Below, piece by piece: positions 25,421-38,095 of a DNA stretch of 53,703 bases. Below the pieces are notes generated by a model, which made no database searches, had not been told where the DNA came from, and was given only the letters and a program-made list of their open reading frames with translations. The stretch spans positions 1 through 53,703 of the forward strand of contig JAHBMJ010000236.1 in NCBI GenBank assembly GCA_018398765.1. The letters are read 5' to 3'. The translations under genes and the position numbers were made by a program. Every line of letters starts with the position of its first letter. The first letter of the stretch is position 1. This DNA is from Chromera velia. Lineage: Eukaryota.

Positions 25421-25663
25421 TGGGCTCGAAGAATGTCGAAGAAGATTTTTGTCTGCAGCCAGCTAGGGCGGCTGCAAGATTTCCATCGCCTAAGCAGTTG
25501 CTAGGAAAGAAATCATGTCATTCAGCTTGCAAGTTTTTTGAGTGAGCGAACAGAGGAGACGGACGACGCTCAATGGGACGGGACGCTTTTGACTTGATCC
25601 ATCCGACTTTGATCGTGCGTGAGTCTTTTTTGTTCGTCTGACAGGCTTTGGTCAGCTCCGAAG

Positions 25664-27133
25664 ATGCTTTCCTCGTTAAATTTTCTTGCAGCTCTGGTCA
25701 TTTGTGCGTGTCTGGCAAGCGCTGATATAGTAGGTGTGCGGGCAGATGCAGAGACGCCAAGTGAGGTCGCTGTCTCCCGTCTCTGTCCGGATTTAAAGTC
25801 TGGGCAAATTCCTTCGTTTGGGGAGGAGATGAGGATGTGCTGGTTTGGACATTTGAACAGTACCTGGACTTTTCTCAACCACGGGAGCTATGGTGCCCCT
25901 CCCCTCTCTGTGATTCTGGGACAGGAGGAGATTCAGAGACGGGCACGGTCGAATCCCGACGTTTGGTTTCGGGAGCGAGACGGACTAGACGGTCATGTGA
26001 ATGCAACTCTGGATGCCGTGTCTTCCTATCTGGATCCCTCTGGATCCAATCAATTGCGCGACTCTCTCTTTCTCGTAGAAGACGCGAGTTCCGGCATCAA
26101 CGCGGTGCTTCGTTCTTTCCCCTTTGAAAAAGGAAGCCGGGTGCTAACCACCAGTCTCTACTACCCAATGGTCAAGAACACCCTCAATTTTCTAGAAGAG
26201 CACAGAGGAATCGTCACAGATGTTGTGCAGCTCTCCTTCCCGACCACTGAAGATGCCATCATCGAAGCCGTCTCCCGTCATCTAGCCGTCTCCCGTCATC
26301 TAGCCGTCTCCGAGAGAAACGAAATTGTGTACACCGACTCCGGGAAAGCAGGCTCCAAGGAGTCTCCGCCTCCCTACGCCATGGCGGTCTTGGACCACAT
26401 CACTTCCTTCCCTGCAGTTCTCATGCCGGTATTTTCCCTTGTCCCCTTATTGAGGTCCCATGGGGTTGGACGGGTACTGATCGACGGTGCGCACACAATT
26501 GGGCAACTTGAGCCGTCGGTTGTTGCCTCAAGTATGAGGCTCTCTGATTGGTATGTCGCGAATGTGCACAAGTGGTTGAACGGTGCCTGGTCTGCTGCTG
26601 TGCTGTTTGCCTCAGAGACAGGTCAGGCCTCTCTGCACCCAGCAGTGATTTCCAATTTCTTCAGGCAAACGCTGGCGGCGGAGTTTCGGTATGTCGGCAC
26701 CAGGGACTATGCGCCGATTGCCTCTGTTGCCGTTGCCGTGCAAACAAGGTTGGCTGCCGGGGATTCAGCCTGGAGAGGTTACTCCTCAGATATATGTGAC
26801 AAGATGGAGAGCCACTTAAGGGCCCACTGGAGTATCTCCGATCCGAGACCGAAGCTCCAAGCACCGTCTCTTCGAATGGTTGGGCCCCTTCCCTTTCCCT
26901 TCGAGTGTGGGGGCGATCCAAGTTTTGTGATGGAGGCGTTGAGGAGACGAAATGTGGTCGCAGTGATACAGGCTGTTGGCACTCAGCCGTCTGCACAAGT
27001 TTGGCTGCGCCTTTCATGTCAGCCGTACAACGTTCTTGAAGACGCGGAGGTCACCTCACGAGCGTACGATGAGGTTGTGGGGGCGTGCACTGCGACTCCA
27101 AGTGAACGCCCGTTGAGCGTTGAAGAAGCATGA
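25664..27133 (+). CDS. Class-V PLP-dependent C-S lyase/epimerase family protein (L-cysteine desulfhydrase / Egt2 / isopenicillin-N-epimerase-like) with predicted signal peptide; no coding introns
   Basis: Motifs FLNHGSYGAPP, DHITS, IDGAH and NVHKW (PLP lysine); hydrophobic N-terminus MLSSLNFLAALVICACLASA; 18-bp in-frame duplication AVSRHL x2 at 26267-26302. Confidence 0.9.
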   Translation: MLSSLNFLAALVICACLASADIVGVRADAETPSEVAVSRLCPDLKSGQIPSFGEEMRMCWFGHLNSTWTFLNHGSYGAPPLSVILGQEEIQRRARSNPDVWFRERDGLDGHVNATLDAVSSYLDPSGSNQLRDSLFLVEDASSGINAVLRSFPFEKGSRVLTTSLYYPMVKNTLNFLEEHRGIVTDVVQLSFPTTEDAIIEAVSRHLAVSRHLAVSERNEIVYTDSGKAGSKESPPPYAMAVLDHITSFPAVLMPVFSLVPLLRSHGVGRVLIDGAHTIGQLEPSVVASSMRLSDWYVANVHKWLNGAWSAAVLFASETGQASLHPAVISNFFRQTLAAEFRYVGTRDYAPIASVAVAVQTRLAAGDSAWRGYSSDICDKMESHLRAHWSISDPRPKLQAPSLRMVGPLPFPFECGGDPSFVMEALRRRNVVAVIQAVGTQPSAQVWLRLSCQPYNVLEDAEVTSRAYDEVVGACTATPSERPLSVEEA

Positions 27134-27685
27134 GGTGGGGGGCCTAATGAGACCCTTAATTTGCTCCTTTAGGGGATGTGAGATGGACCCAGAGATGGGC
27201 TCAAAAACTGTGCAAGATTCAAATTTATAAGGTTGATGCATGGATCCGAGTCGGCCATTTAGAACATAAGGTTTTAAACATTCAACGTACAATAAGAATT
27301 CAATCGGCGGCGGACAATCACACTACAGACTGGAAGCTACTAGTAAGCTCAAATTTTTATTAAGAATCTTAAATTCAAACAATTCAAAATTTGAATGGAT
27401 TTAATGGAATTAATTAAGTAGGATCAATAATTATGTGATGCTGAATATCTCGCAAATTGTAAGATAAACTTGATATCTAACAGTCAGATTCTAACTTAAC
27501 ACAAAATATACAAAGCTTGATCAGATTTAGCCTAACAATTTGAAATAACAAAAACTTAAAATTGTCATAGTGATGCCACTGTGATGGTACACAATCCTGT
27601 AATAAAGTGTTTTTAGCTATGACTACTAGCATGCACTGTTTCTAGGCTAGCTAGCTCTGCATGACCTCCCTAAACCTAACCACCA

Positions 27686-27863
27686 CTTGAAAGTTCAAGC
27701 CGCATTTTTGGATAAGCTTGAAAGTCCGTGCCGCAGGCGCGGATCATTTGCGATGTCTTGAAAGCCAAAGCCGTATATCTGGACGGTGTCTTGAATGCCT
27801 ACGCCACAAGCGTAGACGTACGGTCTCTTGAAAAACGATGCCACAGATAGAGATCATCTTGAT
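27686..27863 (+). repeat. Array of CTTGAA-N7-GCCRYA motifs
   Basis: Copies at 27686, 27717, 27757, 27790 and 27827, partial at 27858; spacing 31-40 bp. Confidence 0.65.
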
Positions 27864-29662
27864 TATATTTTTTTAAGTGGCACTTAGGTTCAGAGAGGTT
27901 CTCTGCATTAAAAAAAAAAAACGAAACAATGCTGTTTTTTTTATATATATATATCAGCACAACAAGTGTTATTCTTCAAGCAGCACCTGCAACACTATGT
28001 AATTGTGGAGTCCTACCCTGTGACGCCACCCTTTGAGCCTTCGCATGCGCCGTGACTGAGTGAACCAGCGTGCCGCGCCATATTCCGCCGCCGTGCTTTG
28101 CTTCGTACGTGTTGCGCGCGTATCGATCGAAGTCGAGTCTGACCTTCGCAATGTTCGTATATTCAAACAACATGTCACTTGAGCAACAGATAGGATCGTT
28201 TAAGGCTAATGTCTGTTTATCATAAATCAGGAGTCTAAAACTCTAAGAGAGAGGAACAGAGAGAAGCATAAGTAGAAATTGTGCAATAATAGAATGAACC
28301 CAGCTGATTGGAATCCCAGATCGCGCTAGAACTTCAACTGATGTAGGGATGAACCTTCTGTAAACTGTTGCATAACTGAGTGTTGTAGATCTTCCCTAAG
28401 GTTCTTGTCCTCGCTTTACCTTCTGTCTGGATGCCATAAGATGGCCAGACAGGGGGGACAAAGCACAATACTCTTAAAAACATATAAATAACATCTTAGC
28501 AATACCCTAACAATACCTAAATAAGTATGATTTTTTGTGTACGTGTTTAACACTTTTTGATACTTTTTGTAACATATGTGAATATATGTGAACAACATCC
28601 TTACTAGTTGCTTCTAGTTGCTTCTTAAGTTCGCAGCACACTATTCGCTCCCTGAGAGGAAATGGTCTTTGGGGTCCAGAGGACTCTGAAACAGTCTGAA
28701 AGGGGGGCCGGCAATCGTAAAAGTGCGCGGCGCCTCGGTATTTTTCAGGGTTCCAGCCGGCCGGCCGGCCGGTGATCGCAGGGGCGCGCCCCTGGCCGGG
28801 CTTCGGGCTCCACCCCCTGGAGACCTTCATATACATAAATTAAAGCCCACGTACCATGCGTGTGCATAATCACGAGTACATCCAACCAGTTGGGTGAGTG
28901 CCTCGGGAGGCTATTTAGGGGGTCGGCCATAATTTGATTGCATGATGCAAACGCGTACCATCAGGGGCTTGGGTATATCTTGCCTGCAACCGGTAAGTAT
29001 CTAGGGCTACGCGGCAATGTGTGCAAAATATGCTTTTCGGGACCGCGTATGTGTATGCACGCTTATACAACTCCGTGCGAGTTACTTGAGGGGCACGTAT
29101 ATCATGAGGAGCGAATTAAGTGTGATCGCGGCTCCGGCAAGTTGCTTGAGGGGCATATTTTGGAATTAGGGCGACACCGTGATAGATAAACAAACAGACA
29201 GACACTGAGCCCCCCCCCCCAAAAATGAAAAAATGCTGTGGCCCCTAAGCTACGATATCTGTAGCCCAAACCAAAAGGAAAAAAGTAAAGGTGAGCCCTG
29301 TTAGTATAACACGGCATGTACACGGCATGTCTTTGAGGCCACGGTCAAAACTAGCCGATTTTGATTGATCGATCGAGATTTCGATTGACGTGTACGTTCG
29401 CAACACTACAGTGTAGAAAGTACTAAAGCAACAGAAAGTACAAACTGACCGTTTGTCTAGGGAAAGTACTAAAGCAACAGAACTTCTGAATATGTTGAGA
29501 AGGGATCTGTGAGCTTTAGACTTCAGGAACAGTCAGAGTTAATCCTAAAAGTAGTAAGAAAGATAGTAGGACAGATTGTATTCATATCAGTGTATCAGAC
29601 TCCTGTGTCATTATATCTGATTTTCTTCTCTTTCTTTTATCTCGGTCAGAAGCTTCTCCGCC

Positions 29663-30622
29663 ATGTCTGCTCCCTCTTATTACTCTGGCGTTCCTCTTTT
29701 CAGTCTGTACTGTGAAGATGGAATACATGAAGAACGACAGGTCTTTCGCGAGGTTCTCGAATCAGTCCTTGCGGTGCATTTGAAGGCTGCAGGAACTAAC
29801 GTTGACAACCGTAACTCTCATCTCCGTTCGATCATTCTTGTTCCTGGTCAGGGAAAAGATGGGCGTCCCAATACCCACTATATATAGATCACGAGGACAG
29901 CTTTAGACACTGCCACGGCTACCCGCACTCAGAACACCGATCCCGTCTGCGAGAAAGACGTCATTGACGTCATTGAAAAGAAGGTTCTTGAGGACGCTCT
30001 GCGTCTCTGTCTGGATCTTCTCGCTGCAGTTCATGCCATTGAACAGCGGGAGGATGAATCGACTAAAGATTTCTGTGAGCGTTTCTACAAGCTCATCGGC
30101 AGTCATGATGTCGTTGGCAAAGCCGCCGGAAAGACCTTAGGAGATGATGACAAGTTTATCCAGATTGTGCGCGCCTTGCAGGACGGTCTACATCAAGCTT
30201 TTGCCCGGTTTCTCAACGGATCGGAGAACTGGTCCGATGTGGACACCGCCTTTGACAAGGAGATCTCGGAGGAGGCGATTTCAAAGCTTTGATCCTCTTG
30301 TCAGACGGCAAGGGGCCATCTTGCAGCGTCGGCTTTTGGAGTTCAGAAGAAGTCCCGCCCGCACCAGTTCCCTGCTACAACATCTTCCTCCACGGGGGAG
30401 GGATACCCCGCTCTAGCCTGCGGAGCGTGTGGCTTTCCCGCAGAAATGGGAACGCACATCTGCCCTGTACGTGACAAGCAGTGAAACAAGTGCAGCAGCA
30501 TTGAACACTCCACATGGATGTGTCGTTCTCAGATGGGACACGACCAGAGGGGCGAGCGCGGGTCTCACTCGGCAACCAGCAAATCCACTACAACTTCTGA
30601 AGACGCTATGTGGCTCGCGTAA
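29663..30622 (+). pseudogene. gag: Array unit 1 gag, with stops and small deletions
   Basis: Near-identical to the intact unit 2 ORF; CAG>TAG stop at 29885-29887 plus further lesions. Confidence 0.85.
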
Positions 30623-31628
30623 GAGAGCAGTACGTATTGAGATAGAGACCGAAGGCTGAGGTTATACCTTCCGTTCAGATTTTGGTGTGACAGTCTGCCT
30701 GTCCGCAGAGTTAGGCAGGAGACAGAAAGAAGATCGATTGAGATTGAATGTTGAGTTCGACAATAAGAAAGTCTGACCACCCGGCAGAGTTTGGTGGCTG
30801 GTCGTCAAAAACTGTTTTCATCTTCTTGCGCGTTAGCGTCTGTGTGTGTATTTTTTTTTTCTGATATTTTGAATGCGTCGTTATCTTCCTCTCTCTTCCT
30901 TCGTCTTTGCACACAAGTTCAGCCAGCTTGTTGTGCTTGTTTTTGTGAAGGTGATGTGATGTTGACTGAGATCGGGGGGGCATGAGGCCTGTGTTTCTCT
31001 CTGATTAATTTCAACGTCTTTATGAAGCAGTTAGAGATGAGTGGCGCCAGAAAGTTTCTTTCATCAGCGTCAGCTTTTCTTCTACCTGCAAGTTAATGAC
31101 TTCGTGAGCGGGTGTGTAACTGCTGAAATGACGTTCCCATTACTTAGTGTCTGGACTTGCTGTCTCGGGTCGCCTTTTAAGGACCGCTAATGAGAATATC
31201 GTTTCTGTTGATTCATTTTTCTTGTGTTTGGACGGTTTGCAATCAAGCTTACAGTGAAACGCTTGATTGAGGGGGGAATGTTAGCACAACACGGCATGTA
31301 CACGGCATGTCTTTGGGGCCACGGTCAGAGCTAGCCGATTTTGATTGATCGATCGAGATTTCAATTGACGTGTACGTTTGCAACACTGCAGTGCAGAAAC
31401 CGAACTAACCGTTTGTTTAGAGAAAGTACTAAAGCAATAGAACTTCTGAATATATTGAGAAAGGATCAGATTTTGTGAGCTCTAGACTTTAGGAACAGTC
31501 AGAGTTGATCCTAGAAGTAGTAAAAAAGATAGTAGGACAGATTGTATTCATATCAGTATGTTAGACTCCTGTGTCAGTATATCTGATTTTCTTCTCTTTC
31601 CTTCATCTCGGTCAGAAGCTTCTCCGCC

Positions 31629-32579
31629 ATGTCTGTTCCCTTTTATTACTCTGGCGTTCCTCTTTTCAGTCTGTACTGTGAAGATGGAACACATAAAGAA
31701 TGGCAGGTCTTTCGCGAGGTTCTCGAATCAGTCCTTGCGGTGCATTTGAAGGCTGCGGGAACTAACGTTGACAACCGTAACTCTCGTCTCCGTTCGATCA
31801 TTCTTGTTGCCGGTCAGGGAAAGGATGGGTGTCCCAATACCCACTATATACAGATCGCAAGGACAGCTTTGGACACTGCCACGGCTGCCCACACTCAGAA
31901 TACCGATCCTGTCCGCGAGAAAGACGTCATTGACGTCATCGAAAAGAAGGTTCTTGAGGACGCTCTGCGTCTCCATCTAGATCTTCTCGCTGTGGTTCAT
32001 GCCATTGAACAGCGGGAGGACGAATCGACTAAAGATTTCTGCGAGCGTTTCTATAAGCTCATCGGCAGTTATGATGTTGTTGGCAAAGCCGCCGGAAAGA
32101 CCTTAGGAGATGATGACAAGTTTATCCAGATCGTGTGCGCCTTGCAGGACGGTCTGCGTCAAGCCTTTGCCCGGTTTCTCAACGGATCGGAGAACTGGTC
32201 TGATGTGGACGCCGCCCTTGACAAGGTGATCTCGGAGGAGGCGATTTCAAAGCCTCGATCCTCTTGTCAGACGGTAAGGGACCATCTTGCAGCATCAGCT
32301 TTTGGAGTTCAGAAGAAGTCCCGCCCGCACCAGTTCCCTGCTACAACATCTTCCTCCACGGGAAAGGAATACCCCGCTCTGGTCTGCGGAGCGTGTGGCT
32401 TTCCTGCAGAAATGGGAACGCACATCTGCCCTGCACATGATAAGCAGTGCAATAAGTGTAGCAGCATTGAGCACTCTGTACGGATGTGTCGTTCTCAGAT
32501 GGGACGCGACCAGAAAGGCGAGTGCGGGTCTCACTCGGCAACCGGCAAATCCGCTACAACTTCTGAAGACGCCATGTAG
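31629..32579 (+). CDS. gag: Array unit 2 Gag, open 316-aa frame with double zinc knuckle
   Basis: Capsid-type motif EQREDESTKDFCERFYKL; CGACG..HICPA..CNKCSSIEHSVRMC; ends 3 codons early via TGG>TAG. Confidence 0.85.
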   Translation: MSVPFYYSGVPLFSLYCEDGTHKEWQVFREVLESVLAVHLKAAGTNVDNRNSRLRSIILVAGQGKDGCPNTHYIQIARTALDTATAAHTQNTDPVREKDVIDVIEKKVLEDALRLHLDLLAVVHAIEQREDESTKDFCERFYKLIGSYDVVGKAAGKTLGDDDKFIQIVCALQDGLRQAFARFLNGSENWSDVDAALDKVISEEAISKPRSSCQTVRDHLAASAFGVQKKSRPHQFPATTSSSTGKEYPALVCGACGFPAEMGTHICPAHDKQCNKCSSIEHSVRMCRSQMGRDQKGECGSHSATGKSATTSEDAM

Positions 32580-33598
32580 CTCACATAAGAGAGCAGTGCA
32601 CATTGAGATAGAGACCGAAGGCTGAAGTTATACCTTCTGTTCAAATTTCGGTATGACAGTCTGCCTGTCCACAGAGTTAGGCAGGAGACAGAAAGAAGAT
32701 CGATTGAGATTGAATGTCGAGTTCGACAATAAGAAAGTCTGACCACCCGGCAGAGTTTGGTGGCTGGTCGTCAGAAACTGTTTTCATCTTTTTGTGCGTT
32801 AGCGTCTGTGTGTGTGTTTTTTTTTTTTTTCTGATATTTTGAATGCGTCGTTATCTTCCTCTCTCTTCCTTCGTCTTTGCACACAAGTTCAGCCAGCTTG
32901 TTGTGCTTGTTTTTGTGAAGGTGATGTGATGTTGACTGAGATCGGGGGGGCATGAGGCCTGTATTTCTCTCTGATTGATTTCAACGTCTTCATGAAGCAG
33001 TTAGAGATGAGTGGCGCCAGAAAGTTTCTTTTATCAGCGTCAGCTTTTCTTCTATCTATAAGTTAATGACTTCGTGAGCGGGTGTGTAACTGCTGAAATG
33101 ACGTTCCCATTACTTAGTGTCTGGACTTGCTGTCTTGGGTCGCCTTTTAAGGACGGCCAATGAGAATGTCGTTTCTGTCGATTCATTTTTCTTATGTTTG
33201 GACGGTTTGCAATCAAGCTTGCAGTGAAATGCTTGATTGAGGGGGGAATGTTAGCGCAACACGGCATGTACACGGCATGTCTTTGGAGCCACGGTCAGAG
33301 CTAGCCGATTTTGATTGATCGATCGAGATTTCGATTGACGTGTACGTTTGCAACACTGCAGTACAGAAACCGAACTGACCGTTTGTCTAAGGAAAGTACC
33401 AAAGCAACAGAACTTTTGAATATATTGAGAAAGGATCAGATTTTGTGAGCTCTAGACTTTAGGAACAGTCAGAGTTGATCCTAGAAGTAGTAAAAAAGAT
33501 AGTAGGACAGATTGTATTCATATCAGTGTGTTAGACTCCTGTGTCAGTATATCTGATTTTCTTCTCTTTCCTTCATCTCGGTCAGAAGCTTCTCCACC

Positions 33599-34549
33599 AT
33601 GTCTGCTCCCTCTTATTACTCTGGCGTTCCTCTTTTCAGTCTGTACTGTGAAGATGGAACACATAAAGAATGGCAGGTCTTTCGCGAGGTTCTCGAATCA
33701 GTCCTTGCGGTGCATTTGAAGGCTGCGGGAACTAACGTTGACAACCGTAACTCTCGTCTCCGTTCGATCATTCTTGTTGCCGGTCAGGGAAAGGATGGGT
33801 GTCCCAATACCCACTATATACAGATCGCAAGGACAGTTTTGGACACTGCCACGGCTGCCCACACTCAGAACACCGATCTTGTCCGCGAGAAAGACGTCAT
33901 TGACGTCATCAAAAAGAAGGTTCTTGAGGACGCTCTGCGTCTCCATTTAGATCTTCTCGCTGTGGTTCATGCCATTGAACAGCGGGAGGACGAATCGACT
34001 AAAGATTTCTGTGAGCGTTTCTACAAGCTCATCGGTAGTTATGATATTGTTGGCAAAGCCGCCGGAAAGACCTTAGGAGATGATGACAAGTTTATCTAGA
34101 TTGTGTGCGCCTTGCAGGACGGTCTGCGTCAAGCCTTTACCCGGTTTCTCAACGGATCGAAGAACTGGTCCGATGTGGACGCCGCCCTTGACAAGGTGAT
34201 CTCGGAGGAGGTAATTTCAAAGCCTCGATCCTCTTGTCAGACGGCAAGGGACCATCTTGCAGCATCGGCTTTTGGAGTTCAGAAGAAGTCCCGCCCGTAC
34301 CAGTTCCCTGCTACAACATCTTCCTCCATGGGAGAGGGATACCCCGCTCTGGTCTGCGGAGTGTATGGCTTTCCTGCAGAAATGGGAATGCACATCTGCC
34401 CTGCACATGATAAGCAGTGCAATAAGTGCAGCAGCATTGGGCACTCTGTACGGATGTGTCGTTCTTAGATGGGACGTGACCAGAAAGGCGAGTGCGGGTC
34501 TCACTCGGCAACCGGCAAATCCGCTACAACTTCTGAAGACGCCATGTAG
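33599..34549 (+). pseudogene. gag: Array unit 3 gag, two CAG>TAG stops
   Basis: Stops at 34097-34099 and 34466-34468 where other copies have CAG. Confidence 0.85.
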
Positions 34550-35560
34550 CTCACGTAAGAGAGCAGTGCGCATTGAGATAGAGACCGAAGGCTGAGGTTA
34601 TACCTTCTGTTCAAATTTCGGTGTGACAGTCTGCCTGTCCGCAGAGTTAGGCAGGAGACAGAAAGAAGATCGATTGAGATTGAATGTTGAGTTCGACAAT
34701 AAGAAAGTCTGACCACCCGGCAGAGTTTGGTGGCTAGTCTTGAAAAACTGTTTTCATCTTCTTGTGCGTTAGCGTCTGTGTGTGTGTGTTTTTTTTTTCT
34801 GATATTTTGAATGCGTCGTTATCTTCCTCTCTCTTCCTTCATCTTTGCACACAAGTTCAGCCAGCTTGTTGTGCTTGTTTTTGTGAAGGTGATGTGATGT
34901 TGACTGAGATCGGGGGGGCATGAGGCCTGTATTTCTCTCTGATTGATTTCAACGTCTTTATGAAGCAGTTAGAGATGAGTGGCGCCAGAAAGTTTCTTTT
35001 ATCAGCGTCAGCTTTTCTTCTATCTATAAGTTAATGACTTCGTGAGCGGGTGTGTAACTGCTGAAATGACGTTCCTATTACTTAGTGTCTGGACTTGCTG
35101 TCTTGGGTCGCCTTTTAAGGACGGCCAATGAGAATGTCGTTTCTGTCGATTCATTTTTCTTGTGTTTGGACGGTTTGCAATCAAGCTTACAGTGAAACGC
35201 TTGATTGAGGGGGGAATGTTAGCGCAACACGGCATGTACACGGCATGTCTTTGGGGCCACGGTCAGAGCTAGCCGATTTTGATTGATCGATCGAGATTTC
35301 GATTGACGTGTACGTTTGCAACACTGCAGTACAGAAACCGAACTGACCGTTTGTCTAGGCAAAGTACCAAAGCAACAGAACTTCTGAATATATTGAGAAG
35401 GGATCTGTGAGCTTTAGACTTCAGGAACAGTCAGAGTTGATCCTAGAAGTAGTAAAAAAGATAGTAGGACAGATTGTATTCATATCAGTGTGTCAGACTC
35501 CTGTGTCATTATATCTGATTTTCTTCTCTTTCCTTCATCTCGGTCAGAAGCTTCTCTGCT

Positions 35561-36526
35561 ATGTCTGCTCCCTCTCATTACTCTGGCGTTCCTCTTTTCA
35601 GTCTGTACTGTGAAGATGGAACACATGAAGAATGGCAAGTCTTTCGCGAGGTTCTCGAATCAGTCCTTGCGGTGCATTTGAAGGCTGCGGGAACTAACGT
35701 TGACAACCGTAACTCTCGTCTCCGTTCGATCATTCTTGTTGCCGGTCAGAGAAAGAATGGACGTCCCAATACCCACTACATGTAGATCGTGAGGACAGCT
35801 TTGGACACTGCCACGGCTGCCCGCACAGTGACTCAGAACACCGATCCCGTCTGCGAGAAAGATGTCATTGACGCCATCGAAAAGAAGGTTCTTGAGGACG
35901 CTCTACATCTCCGTCTGGATCTTCTCGCTGCGGTTCATGCCATTGAACAGCGGGAGGACGAATCGACTAAGGATTTCTGCGAGTGTTTCTACAAGCTCAT
36001 CGGTAGTTATGATATCGTTAGCAAAGCCGCCGGAAAGACCATAGGAGATGATGACAAGTTTATTCAGATCGTGCGCGCCTTGCAGGACGGTCTGCGTCAA
36101 GCCTTTGCCTGGTTTCTCAACGGATCGGAGAACTGGTCCGATGTGGATGCCGCCCTTGACAAGGTGATCTCGGAGGAGGCGATTTCAAAGCCTCGATCCT
36201 CTTGTCAGACGGCAAGGGGCCATCTTGCAGCGTCGGCTTTTGGAGTTCAGAAGAAATCCCGCCCGCACCAGTTCCCTGCTACAACATCTTCCTCCACGGG
36301 AAAGGGATACTCCGCTCTGGTCTGCGGAGCGTATGGCTTTCCCGCAGAAATGGGAACACACATCTGCCCTGCACGTGACAAGCAGTGCAACAAGTGCAGC
36401 AGCATTGGGCACTCTGCACGGATGTGTCGTTCTCAGATGGGACACGACCAGAGGGGCGAGCGCAGGTCTCACTCGGCAACCAGCAAATCCACTACAACTT
36501 CTGAAGACGCCATGTGGCTCGCGTAA
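35561..36526 (+). pseudogene. gag: Array unit 4 gag, one CAG>TAG stop
   Basis: Stop at 35783-35785; otherwise full length with an intact CNKCSSIGHSARMC knuckle. Confidence 0.85.
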
Positions 36527-37094
36527 GAGAGCAGTGCGCATTGAGATAGAGACCGAAGGCTGAGGTTATACTTTCCGTTCAGATTTTGGTGTGACAGTCT
36601 GCCTGTCCGCAGAGTTAGGCAGGAGACAGAAAGAAGATCGATTGAGATTGAATGTTGAGTTCGACAATAAGAAAGTCTGACCACCCGGCAGAGTTTGGTG
36701 GCTGGTCGTCAGAAACTGTTTTCATCTTCTTGCGCGTTAGCGTCTGTGTGTGTGTTTTTTTTTTTTCTGATATTTTGAATGCGTCGTTATCTTCCTCTCT
36801 CTTCCTTCGTCTTTGCACACAAGTTCAGCCAGCTTGTTGTGCTTGTTTTTGTGAAGGTGATGTGATGTTGACTGAGATCGGGGGGGCATGAGGCCTGTGT
36901 TTCTCTCTGATTGATTTCAACGTCTTTATGAAGCAGTTAGAGATGAGTGGCGCCAGAAAGTTTCTTTTATCAGCGTCAGCTTTTCTTCTACCTGCAAGTT
37001 AATGACTTCGTGAGCGGGTGTGTAACTACTGAAATGACGCTCCCATTACTTAGTGTCTGGACTTGCTGTCTTGGGTCGCCTTTTAAGGACGGCN

Positions 37095-38095
37095 TGCGTC
37101 AAGCCTTTGCCTGGTTTCTCAACGGATCGGAGAACTGGTCCGATGTGGATGCCGCCCTTGACAAGGTGATCTCGGAGGAGGCGATTTCAAAGCCTCGATC
37201 CTCTTGTCAGACGGCAAGGGGCCATCTTGCAGCGTCGGCTTTTGGAGTTCAGAAGAAATCCCGCCCGCACCAGTTCCCTGCTACAACATCTTCCTCCACG
37301 GGAAAGGGATACTCCGCTCTGGTCTGCGGAGCGTATGGCTTTCCCGCAGAAATGGGAACACACATCTGCCCTGCACGTGACAAGCAGTGCAACAAGTGCA
37401 GCAGCATTGGGCACTCTGCACGGATGTGTCGTTCTCAGATGGGACACGACCAGAGGGGCGAGCGCAGGTCTCACTCGGCAACCAGCAAATCCACTACAAC
37501 TTCTGAAGACGCCATGTGGCTCGCGTAAGAGAGCAGTGCGCATTGAGATAGAGACCGAAGGCTGAGGTTATACTTTCCGTTCAGATTTTGGTGTGACAGT
37601 CTGCCTGTCCGCAGAGTTAGGCAGGAGACAGAAAGAAGATCGATTGAGATTGAATGTTGAGTTCGACAATAAGAAAGTCTGACCACCCGGCAGAGTTTGG
37701 TGGCTGGTCGTCAGAAACTGTTTTCATCTTCTTGCGCGTTAGCGTCTGTGTGTGTGTTTTTTTTTTTTCTGATATTTTGAATGCGTCGTTATCTTCCTCT
37801 CTCTTCCTTCGTCTTTGCACACAAGTTCAGCCAGCTTGTTGTGCTTGTTTTTGTGAAGGTGATGTGATGTTGACTGAGATCGGGGGGGCATGAGGCCTGT
37901 GTTTCTCTCTGATTGATTTCAACGTCTTTATGAAGCAGTTAGAGATGAGTGGCGCCAGAAAGTTTCTTTTATCAGCGTCAGCTTTTCTTCTACCTGCAAG
38001 TTAATGACTTCGTGAGCGGGTGTGTAACTACTGAAATGACGCTCCCATTACTTAGTGTCTGGACTTGCTGTCTTGGGTCGCCTTTTAAGGACGGC
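37095..38095 (+). other. Probable assembly overlap duplication
   Basis: Appears identical to 36093-37093 and is separated from it by a single N at 37094. Confidence 0.85.

Noticed and set aside
27686..27863. CRISPR-like repeat-spacer appearance
   Set aside because: The conserved part is only 6+6 bp around a variable core, there are no cas genes, and the context is eukaryotic
31042..31050. TGGCGCCAG in each array unit as a tRNA-Lys-type PBS
   Set aside because: Lies about 230 bp upstream of the next LTR rather than just downstream of one
33052..33273. Antisense ORF in array units with HPLTKSL, resembling a copia RNase H end
   Set aside because: Wrong strand relative to gag and PPT, short, and not open in all units
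37095..38095. Apparent fifth, partial gag unit and hybrid 193-aa ORF (36947-37528)
   Set aside because: Looks identical to 36093-37093 across a single N, whereas real units differ by several percent; most likely an unmerged contig overlap
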